Shown here piece after piece: positions 1-17,540 of a stretch of 64,000 nt of DNA. The notes beneath the pieces were generated by a model. The model was not told the origin of the DNA, searched no databases, and worked only from the letters and a program-made list of their open reading frames with translations. The stretch comes from the human T2T-CHM13v2.0 reference genome, Homo sapiens, in assembly GCF_009914755.1 (NCBI RefSeq), contig NC_060930.1; one strand, 5' to 3'. The position numbers and the translations under genes are program-made. Position 1 is the stretch's first letter. Each line of letters opens with the position of its first letter.

Positions 1-3246
<3,246 letters not shown>

Positions 3247-4535
3247 TCTATTTCCATATTCTCCTGAAAGGATTGTTATATTTCCTACAGATGGTCTCTT
3301 TTCTATGAATTACCATGTACCTCAAAGGATACTCCTTCTTTTTCCCACCCACATACTAACACACACATCCATTTCTTGAGCAAAGTACTTCTCATTCTAC
3401 AAGAACCAGCTCTCAGGTTTCTCCTCTGCTTCTCTCACCATCTCTGCCTCCTTATGCAGAATGCAAGACAACCTCCCTTGTGCTGCAAGTATGTCTAGTA
3501 CTAGTTTACACATACCCCCTCTTGCATGAATGTATTTACATGTCCATTTCTCCCAGAGTGAGCTCCTTGAGGAACCATGTTATCAACCTCTCTATCCCCA
3601 TTACCCAGCTTAGTACTTAGCACAAAGCAAGTGCTCCACAACTTTATGCCTCTATAAAAGTTTGCCCCATATATTAATCCAAGATATCTAAATGTCAGGC
3701 AAGAGTAATTGTATCCTCTTCAATCACTTATGATTTAGTAAGATTTACTAAGTCCTAGATATTATGACAGAGACTACAGAGTAAATCACATGCTTTCCGC
3801 CTTCAAGGAACTGAGAAAACAATTGAAGAGCTAAGAAATAAACACATGGAAGGTTAAGTAACAGTAATACACATCAAGAAAAGTTCAGAATAATACTAAA
3901 GCCATATCATAAGGCACAAGGTTATGCCCAAAAAGTTAGTCACTGACACTAACAACTACAAAAGTTCAGAAGATGACAGAATTACTCTCATCTGCCACAG
4001 TTAGGCATCACTTTGCAGTAATGATAGGTTTGACATTATCCTAAAGAGTTTACAAGATTTTGATATGTAGAAAGGATTTACAGAGAGAAGATACTCCTAG
4101 TGAATAGGGTAGTATCAGCCAAAGCAGGACAGCAATGAAAGGTGGGAAATTACAAAGCAGTTTCTGGGGCTTGTTAAAAAAAAAAAAAAATCTGGTTAGA
4201 TGGAGTAAAGCGTTCAAGTATGTAGAGGAAGAGATGATAACCACATAGCTTAAAACCAGTCTTTGGGGTGCAGTGAGTAATGGCAAGTCCAGAGGGTGAG
4301 GATAGTATGCTGAAAATGGTTTAGTTAGACTGAATTGGCAGTGTTGAGCTTGGAAAGAAGAGCAGCAAGACGGAAATCAACTTTCATTTACAGAGCTTGC
4401 TTTGTGTCAAGTATTATGCTTTATGTACATTATTTTTAGTTATAACAATTTTATAAGATGACCCTAACAACCCTATTTTATTTTACCAGGCTAGTAAATG
4501 ACAGTTTTGGGGTTTGAGTCCAGGGTATCTAACTC

Positions 4536-4536
<1 letters not shown>

Positions 4537-4587
<51 letters not shown>
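4537..4587 (+). repeat. Pure (A)51 mononucleotide run inside a minus-strand MIR remnant
   Basis: Uninterrupted A run counted from the sequence. The preceding ggtttgagtccagggtatctaactcc resembles antisense MIR. Confidence 0.95.
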
Positions 4588-4591
<4 letters not shown>

Positions 4592-6820
4592 TTCTGGATC
4601 AAGTGTGTGCTGCTTCCAAGGTATGGTATAAGAAGAGGCTGTGGAGATGGCCAGGAGGGGACAGATACACAGGAAAGATGTAATAAAGAACTTGGTGACT
4701 CATTGAATGTAAGGGAGAGAAAGTTAAAATTAATTTCAAGCCTTCATGTCTAAGGGATGAGAAAACAATTATATTAATACAAGGAAGGAAAGAAAAGGAA
4801 TAGGTTCAGGGAGCAGTGAAAAGATCAGTCCAACATTAAATAAGTTTCAGATGGTGGCAGGTTGTTTGAGTGGAAATGTCTGGTGGTTGGAGATTTTGAG
4901 AATGAGCTCTGGTTGTATTTTCCTCAGCTAGAATGGATATTGCAACACTGGCACCGCAATGGAAGATGAAAATGCTGATGGAAATCTAACCTCGACCTAC
5001 GAACTCAAGATCCCTTCCTTCCCAAATTTTCTCCAAGTTTGCATAAAAATATGAATCATTTTTTTAAATGTACATGATTCTGAGGAGCTCATTCATTGTG
5101 GTTCAACATAGCAGACTTTTTTTTAACCAACCAAGACTTTCCTGCCATCTGATGCCAATTTGGGCTAAAATACCTTTTTCCTCTAGCAACTTAAAGTGTG
5201 AGAACATATGCTTTCCTCTGCCTGCACCCTGTCCACAGTACATCCTGTAAAATTCCATCCTTCAGCAGTTAACTTATAGCTTTAGAATGATACAAGTCTT
5301 AAAATAAAAGTTTGAGGGCTCAAGGAAAACACTGAGTTCCTAATGTAAATATATCATGAAGCCAAACATTTCAGAAAATATTCAAGTTCCATAATTTTGC
5401 CTTTCTTAAAGGAGTCTTTGGAGAGCTATTGCTTGTTCTTTTCCATTAAAAAATATGAAGTTTATGCAGTGATCATTTCCCCTAGGGTTGCAGATGTAGG
5501 CAAGCTGTACTTGGCCCTCCAAGAAAGATACACAAAGTTTAACGTTTCATTATACTCTGAAAAAAATGAACTGTTTCCTAAGCAGGCTCTGTACTGTTAG
5601 GATAAATTGTAATACCAAATTTAATGTATGCCTTACTCTGGAAAACAATAAGAAATTTTGAAACCTCAATAAATGTTTATTTCTAATATAAGTATGATCC
5701 AAAATGGATAGCATGGCATTATTCAGTAGCTAAAAGTTAGATGGAAAAATGAACCAAGCCATTTCTAAATGTATTCCATAACTTCAGAAAAAAAAGTCTG
5801 ATGAATAAAATGTGTATGAATATCTCATATTCTGTCAAAACTTGTAATAATGAAGGTAATATGGAGAATGAAAATGTAGTTTTAGGTAGGTGGACTCAAT
5901 GAGGAAAAATAATGTTTTCTGGATCCAGAAATTACAGAGGTATGCTAGGTATCTTTCTAGAGAAATAGAAGAAGCATATTCTTTTATTAACAGCAACACT
6001 CTGAGTATAGCTTACAGGATAAAGAGAAGACAAAAACAACAGAAAACATGGAACCAGCAATGGAAGTTCATTTTAGCAGCGTGATTGACACCGTGTAACT
6101 TATTCCAAGAGGTGATTGATAATATGAAATGGGTTTCTCTTCTGTAGGAACTTGGCATTGTTTGTTCACTCCCTCTTCCATTTCTGAGTGTAAAATATGT
6201 GTGATGATAAAAGTCCAAGGGGATGCTTGTGTGAGCAGGCTGTACCAAGTCCTCTTCCAAAGAATTGCAACTGTGCAACTCTGGCCAGCCTTTTAAAATC
6301 CTAGAATATACTAACTTGCTTTTCCAAAGGATAGTGATATTCTGTAACTAAAATCCCAGAATTCAGGTTTGTTTGTTTGTTTTTAGGGTTTTATGAATTT
6401 TCATGAAAAGTGACCCTAAATCATGTATGCAGAACAATTAGAAGGCTGGAATAGATCAAAATGTCTGGCAATAGAGGAATGATCAGGCAAATTATGTTAT
6501 GTCATCTTGAGGAAATATTATTTAGTGATTAAAAATAATTATGAAAACTAAAATGAAAATTCAAACTGTTATGATTTATTATTACTGATAAACAAGAACA
6601 CAATATTGGTTACAAATATGGAAAAATATTAATTTGCACAAAGGCTAAAAGGAAATATATCATGTGAAAACATTACATTTGGATGATTGTATAATAGATT
6701 TTTAAAAATTTATACTAATTTTAGTATTGTTTTATAGATTTCAAAATAATTTCTGAATATCTATTGTATTATACTATGTTTAAATGTCTAACACAAAAAT
6801 AGAAATTTAAAAATGAATCT

Positions 6821-7845
6821 GGGGGTGGAGCCAAGATGGCCGAATAGGAACAGCTCCAGTCTACAGCTCCCAACCTGAGCGACGCAGAAGATGGGTGATT
6901 TCTGCATTTCCATCTGAGGTACCAGGTTCATCTCACTAGGAAGTGCCAGACAGTGGGTGCAGGACAGTGGGTGCAGTGCACCGTGTGCGAGTCGAAGCAG
7001 GGTGAGGCATTGCCTCACTCAGGAAGTGCAAGGAGTCAGGGAGTTCCCTTTCCTAGTCAAAGAAAAGGGTGACAGCACCTGGAAAATCGGGTCACCCCCA
7101 CCTTAATACTGCGCTTTTCCAACGGGCTTAAAAAACAGCACACCAGGAGATTATATCCCGCACATGGCTCAGAGGGTCCTATACCCACAGAGTCTCGCTG
7201 ATTGCTAGCACAGCAGTCTGAGATCAAACTGCAAGGCGGCAGCAGGCTGGGGGAGGGGCACCTGCCATTGCCCAGGCTTGATTAGGTAAACAAAGCAGCC
7301 CGGAAGCTCGAACTGGGTGGAGCCCACCACAGCTCAAGGAGGCCTGCCTGCCTCTGTAGGCTCCACCTCTGGGGGCAGGGCACAGACAAACAAAAAGACA
7401 GCAGTAACTTCTGCAGACTTAAATGTCCCTGTCTGACAGCTTTGAAGAGAGTAGTGGTTCTCCCAGCACGCAGCTTGAGATCTGAGAATGGGCAGACTGC
7501 CTCCTCAAGTGGGTCCCTGACCCCCGAGCAGCCTAACTGGGAGGCACCCCCCAGTAGGAGCAGACTGACACCTCACACCGCCGGGTAATTCTCTGAGACA
7601 AAACTTCCAGAGAAACAATCAGACAGCAGCATTTGCAGTTCACCAAGATCCACTGTTCTACAGCCACCACTGCTGATACCCAGGCAAACAGGGTCTGGAG
7701 TGGACCTCTAGCAAACTCCGACAGACCTGCAGCTGAGGGTCCTGTCTGTTAGAAGGAAAAGTAACAAACAGAAAGGACATCCACACCAAAAACCCTTCTG
7801 TATGTCACCATCATCAAAGACCAAAGGTAGATAAAATTCACAAAG
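6821..7845 (+). promoter_or_regulatory. L1 5'UTR internal sense promoter and antisense promoter, with intact YY1 site (AAGATGGCC 6833-6841)
   Basis: Position and sequence match the L1PA 5'UTR; partial CpG decay. Activity cannot be judged from sequence. Confidence 0.8.
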
Positions 7846-8861
7846 ATGGGGAAATAACAGAGCAGAAAAACTGGAAACTCTAAAAATCAGAGCACTCTCC
7901 TCCTCCAAAGGAACGCAGCTTCTCAACAGCAATGGAACAAAGCTGGACAGAAAATGACTTTGACGAGCTGAGAGAAGAAGGCTTCAGACGATCAAACTAA
8001 TCTGAGCTAAAGGAGGAAATTCAAACCAACGGCAAAGAAGTTAAAAACTTTGAAAAAAAAATTAGATGAATAGATAACTAGAACAACCAATGCAGAGAAG
8101 TCCTTAAAGGACCTGATGGAGCTGAAAGCCAAGGCTCAAAAACAACATGAGGAATGCAGAAGCCTCAGGAGCCAATGCAATCAACTGGAAGAAAGGGTAT
8201 CAGTGATGGAAGACGAAATGAAAGAAATGAAGTGAGAACGGAAGTTTAGAGAGAAAAGAATAGAAAGAAATGAACAAAGCCTCCAAGAAATATGGGACTA
8301 TGTGAAAAGACCAAATCTACGTCTGATTGGTGTACCTGAAAATGACGGGGAGAATGGAACCAAGTTGGAAAACACTCTGCAGGATATTATCCAGGAGGAC
8401 TTCCCCAATCTAGCAAGGCAGGCCAACATTCAGAGTCAGGAAATACAGAGAACGCCCAAAGATACTCCTTGAGAAGAGCAACTCCAAGACACATAATTGT
8501 CAGATTCACCAAAGTTGAAATGAAGGAAAAAATGTTAAGGGCAGCCAGAGAGAAAGGTCGCGTTACCCACAAAGGGAAGCCCATCAGACTAACAGCTGAT
8601 CTCTCAGCAGAAGCTCTACAAGCCAGAAGAGAGTGGAGGCCAATATTCAACATTCTTAAAGGAAAGAAATTTCAACCCAGAATTTCATATCCAGCCAAAC
8701 TAAGCTTCATAAGTGAAGGAGAAATAAAATACTTTACAGACAAGAAAATGCTCAGAGATTTTGTCACCCTCAGGCCTGCCCTAAAAGAGCTCCTGAAGGA
8801 AGCACTAAACATGGAAAGGAACAACTGGTACCAGCCACTGCAAAAACATGCCAAAATGTAA
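7846..8861 (+). pseudogene. L1 ORF1p, disabled
   Basis: ATG at 7846 reads ATG GGG AAA TAA (stop at codon 4), with further disruptions. C-terminal fragment 8469-8861 (RRATPRHIIVRFTKVEMKEKMLRAAREK...YQPLQKHAKM) matches ORF1p. Confidence 0.93.
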
Positions 8862-8924
8862 AGACCATCAAGGCTAGGAAGTAACTGCATCAACTAACAA
8901 GCAAAATAACCAGCTAACATCATA

Positions 8925-12761
<3,837 letters not shown>

Positions 12762-13054
12762 ACAATGAGAACACATGGACACAGGAAGGGGAACATCACA
12801 CTCCGAGGACTGTTGTGGGGCAGGGGGAGGGGGGAGGGATAGCATTAGGAGATACATCTAATGCTAAATGACGAGTTAGTGGGTGCAGCACACCAACATG
12901 GCACATGTATACATATGTAACAAACCTGCACATTGTGCACATGTACCCTAAAACTTAAAGTGTAATAATAATAAGATGAAATAAAAATAAATAAATAAAA
13001 ATAAAAATGAATCTATAGTTTATCTTGATTAAAGAGGCAGAAAAGCACAGCATT

Positions 13055-13270
13055 TTACTGGATTTGAAGCCTGGCTCTGCCAATGTATTAATAATATAAC
13101 CTTGGGAAAGTTATGTAACCCTTCTGTGCCTCAATTCTCTGCTCCATAAAATGTAAATATTAAAAGAATGAACCTGATCATTGACAAGATTAAATGAGGT
13201 AACTCATAAAAAGCATTAGTAGAGTGGTTGGCATACAGGAAATTTCACTAAATGGCAGCTATTATTTCTA
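13055..13270 (+). mobile_element. MIR
   Basis: cctggctctgcc...accttgggaaagttatgtaacccttctgtgcctca...gattaaatgag core; boundaries approximate. Confidence 0.7.
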
Positions 13271-13399
13271 ATATACAAATATAAAGCATACTATGTACAT
13301 GTGTGTTACATATATATTTACATGTGTAAAGGCACTCATATAGGCCTGTCACATTCACTCTGTAAGCAGGAGCTATCACATAATACCCATAGAGCTGAA

Positions 13400-13670
13400 C
13401 ACAAGCACAAACTATGTGCCAAGAATTCTGCTAGGAACCTTACAAAAAATATATATCATACATTATATGTAACACATTAGATGTTCTATATTACAGCATC
13501 TCAGCCTTACAAAAATTCTAAGACTTAGGAATCATTAGCTCTATCCTACAGATGAGAAAAGGGAGGCTCAAAAGCTGAAATAACTTCCCCAATATCACAG
13601 AGTTACTACGGGGCAAGAACAAGGCTAGCTGATACATAGATCTAGTTCTCAACTGCTGGCCACACTGCTT
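13400..13670 (-). mobile_element. MIR
   Basis: tacagatgagaaaagggaggctca...aacttccccaatatcacag antisense core; boundaries approximate. Confidence 0.6.
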
Positions 13671-15239
13671 TCAGTAAGTGAGAAACAAGATACACTTAGC
13701 TCATATTTCAGCCCAGTACAAGCCTCATCAGTCTGGTGACACTCAATAAAACAGGGTTCCAGTTATTCCTTCAATCACCTCTGAGGCTGAAGCCCTGCTG
13801 TGAAACCCGTCTGCTGTCTTTTCAGTAGGAATCCTGGCCCTCCTCATCTCAGCTACCCACAGCAAAGCCTATTGGGCTACCCTAAATTTGAGAAATGAGG
13901 ATGAAGACAGTGAAGTCATTTCAAACTTAAGGGAAAATAATTTCCCATTAGAAAGGTATACAAAGAAAAGTCTTTTCTACAAATAAGTCATTTTAACTAT
14001 TTAACATTGTTAAATAAGTTTCTTCTTTACTGTTGGAACTCTTGTCTTTAATGCACTACTGTGAACTTTGGATCTTCAAGAGAAGAATTTAACATGCAAT
14101 ATTTCCAAGGTTATTTTTCTCCCTAGAAACTTTTGTTCTGTAAGCCCCAATTAACACCTCTGGAATGAGTATTCCTGGGATCCCATCGTGGAGATGCTGA
14201 TGTAGTGGAAAAAGCCCCTGCCAGGCATCAGGAGAATATAGTTTGGGTCCCGGCCCTCCACACATTGAGTGGGATCTTAGGCAACTGCTATGGACCTTGG
14301 TTTCCTTCTATTAAATAAAGAAATGAGGTCTAATATGCTATTGTGCAGAATGTTTTTTGTGTCATATGTGTGAAAAAATCTACCCACATAATAACTCCAC
14401 ACCATAGTGTGGCTGCTAATGCCATCTTTCCACATGATTGAGAACTGGTTGATACAGGAACAAGTGTTAACAAGAGTAAAGCCCATATTATTTGTTCTCC
14501 GTGTAATACAGGAGGAATGTAAGAATTATAAAGCTACTAACAGAAAACTTAGCAACCTAGCAGGTCTTCAGAAATATACTTTTATGCCAGACTACACACA
14601 AATGCTATGCTCAGAAAGCAATCCCAAGTGTTTTTATTGTGGAATTTCTTACTTTGCTTACTCAGGCTTACCTCCCATCACTCTCCAATGCTCCCTCCAC
14701 TCCAGCCAAGCCAACCACCCTCATAAACAAAGCTCACTCCACCTACAATGCTTATCCCTGTATGTGAAGTTCTATTCTACCGCCCAGAATAGTGTATCTC
14801 ACCTGATACCTGAAGCTTACCTTGGTTCAGGAGATTCTGAGTTTCTTGAGAATAAGAACTCTGTCTTCTTGTATTTTCAGTTTCTTACATAGTGCTAAGC
14901 ATATTGTAAAGATTAAATGATAACCCCAGGTCACAGTAGTCACTCCTATCCCGAACTCCTTTCTACTTCTGTAACCACACAGATATGTAATTAAAACTAT
15001 AATAGGTTAAACATAGTCATTTTTCATGAATGTAAATGGTATCTCCTCTAGCAGGCTGTAAGAGTCTGTTTTATCCCTGCATTTGTCATAATAGCTAGCA
15101 TAATGTTATGCAAGTGGAAAATGTTCCTTAAATACTTGTCGATTGTCTGATTGTAGCATCTATTATTTTTCTTTTTAAATTTTTTTTTACTTTATTTTAT
15201 TACCATCGAAGTTATAATAGATAATCACTATAGACTAGA

Positions 15240-15741
15240 ACTTCTGCATTTAGGCAGACTAAATGCCTGCATGGCCATGCTGCCGGGTCTCCAAAGAATG
15301 CCTGACCTTGTAAGCACCTAGATTAAAAACGGCATCCTGTTCTCAGTCCTGGGTCTGGGAAAATGCCTGCAGCTTCTCCCAGTATCTTTCTCTCACAGCA
15401 TCTCCAAGCCTCTCCCCAAGTTAGCTCCAGGACTTGGGAGAAATAAAGTGCTGTCCCTCAGCCTGGGCTGCTCAGATCCCTAAGGGAAAGGTGAGTCACA
15501 GAGGGAGACTCTCTGCCTCTCTCATGTACTGGGGCTTCACTCACTTTTATCAGCCAGATGCCGTCAGAGGGGCTGTTTGCTCTCGTTCTCCTCCCTGGGA
15601 TCTGGGATGTCCTTCATGATTCCAGTGGATTCCCATTTTCCTTCTTGAATTAAAGTTCATAGAGTTTATCTTTATACACTATCTTGCTATTTCCAAGTGA
15701 GTGAGGCACGCTAAAAGCCTGTACTCTACCATCTTAGGGGG
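15240..15741 (-). mobile_element. Isolated 5'UTR fragment of an old L1 (L1MA/L1M1-type 5' end)
   Basis: Minus strand begins CCCCCTAAGATGGTAGAGTACAGGCTTTTAGCGTGCCTCACTCACTTGGAAATAGCAAGATAGTG, resembling the recalled L1MA 5' end. Confidence 0.6.
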
Positions 15742-15799
15742 AAGAAAAAAAAAACACTAGCCTCTTTTAAAAGAACCATTATGTTAATAATATTGCTAG

Positions 15800-15968
15800 T
15801 TATCAAATGATAATTATATGCAAGTACTGTGATCAGCACTTTATATACATTATTTACTTTATACCTCATAATTAAGTTTGAGATAGGTAATATCATCTCT
15901 ATTTCTTAGATGAGAAAACTAAAGGTTAATGGAAGTGATGATTTTCTCAAGGTCATGCAGCTGTTAAA
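15800..15968 (-). mobile_element. MIR
   Basis: ttagatgagaaaactaaagg...tctcaaggtcatgcagct antisense core. Confidence 0.65.
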
Positions 15969-15971
15969 TAA

Positions 15972-17540
15972 AGTGACTGTATAATTTATTGTTAGCCAGG
16001 ATACTTCTGAGTATGAGCAAAATTACTAAAATAATGAAGATATATACTTTATGAATTATTTATTTATTAACAGACAATTTGTTTTATTAGATTGGTAAAT
16101 CTGTAAAATAGTTTTATTCAAAAATTATTTTAATAAAATTAATATAAATTATAATTTTCAAAAAACAAAAATTAAACACATAAATTAAAATATATTGATT
16201 AGTTGAATATTAAAAATAACATATGTTAACTATTCTTGATACATATTTCTATCCCTAAAATAATATTTTTGAGAAAGTTTTTCATTTTTTTAAGTTTTTT
16301 AGAAAATATCCTGCAATATTTTGTAAAATTGTATTTTATGAGAAGTAAATTTGAAATTATAACACTTTTAATTTAATTTTCTATAGAAAATATACTTTAC
16401 TGAGAAATATATTTTCCAAAGGTTTGACATACTCAGAAAAATACCTGCTAAATGAAGGTTATTCTCATTTCTATTTTTATTTTTTGTGTTGAAATAGATT
16501 AATTTTACAGCACAAATAATTTCATCCAGAGTTCTCCAGAGAACTTCATTTTGTGCAAAACTTATTAAAATAAGTTGTCTCTATGATCCTTTGAATATTT
16601 TTCCAAATTTAAACACTGCAAAATTGTAGGCCCTCTCAATTTCATTTCAATTCCAATACAGAATTTTTAAACTGTTCAATTAAAATAGGAGTTTTATTAA
16701 AAGTTTTTTTCTCACAAGTCAGGATATTCTAAAATACCATTATAGAATTTACAAATTAAATCTTGAATCCACCAGAGCTCATGTCATTTAATTGGATCAT
16801 TTTCTTCTTTACTTTAGGGATATAAACATCATTGTTTTCCTGTCTCAAGCACTGTTCTCAATAATTGAGATTTGTTAAAAAGCTTTGAAAACTTCAGTTT
16901 TAGGACCACATTTATTAAATATTTTGATTAAAGATTTCCAACAAATTTGAAAAAAAAATGAGCCAACATCTAAAGGACATATTTACAAACACTGCAATTC
17001 CATTGTAAACTAGATTGGTTTAAGCTCAAGTGTATTTTAGCATCTAATTACCGGTAGGTACAGGGAAAAAATATGCATTGCCATTTTTTTATTCAATGTC
17101 ACCGTTTTCACAAAAGAATTATAGTTTAGTTATTCTAAATTTGTGTTTAAATAATTATACATTTTGACAACCAATTCCAAATAGATATCTCTACACATTT
17201 TTTAATTTCATAAGAGCACTATGTATACTATGACAAGATGCTCCACCAATATCTGCATTCATAGTGTTAGAGATTTTATACTCAGTGTTGAATTTTTAAA
17301 TTGAATTTACAATAGGATTTTATAGCAACTCTAAATTTTATTTTCTTAAAAATAAAGCCAAGATGAAAAAAGGCATTATATTGACCTTAGCATAGGTTTT
17401 TGCACATCTTTAGAGTTTACAAATTTGTTAATAATTTTTTAGACTTTTTGTAAGGAAAAATAATTTTAGATTTATTTTCATTTGAAGCTCAATCCAATTA
17501 CTCTCTTCAGCAATGTTAGCTTATAAAATAACTAAAGTGT
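15972..17540 (-). mobile_element. Fossil hAT DNA transposon with transposase remnants (BLACKJACK-like)
   Basis: Left end gtgactgtataatttattgttagccaggatacttctgag resembles the BLACKJACK/MER94 terminus. Degenerate minus-strand peptides: ASNENKSKIIFP, NTMNADIGGA, LFGIGC, VVKMYNYL, LHLAGIFLSM. Strand given is that of the transposase; right boundary uncertain. Confidence 0.6.

Noticed and set aside
4498-4753. Poly-lysine ORFs
   Set aside because: Translation of the A51 tract.
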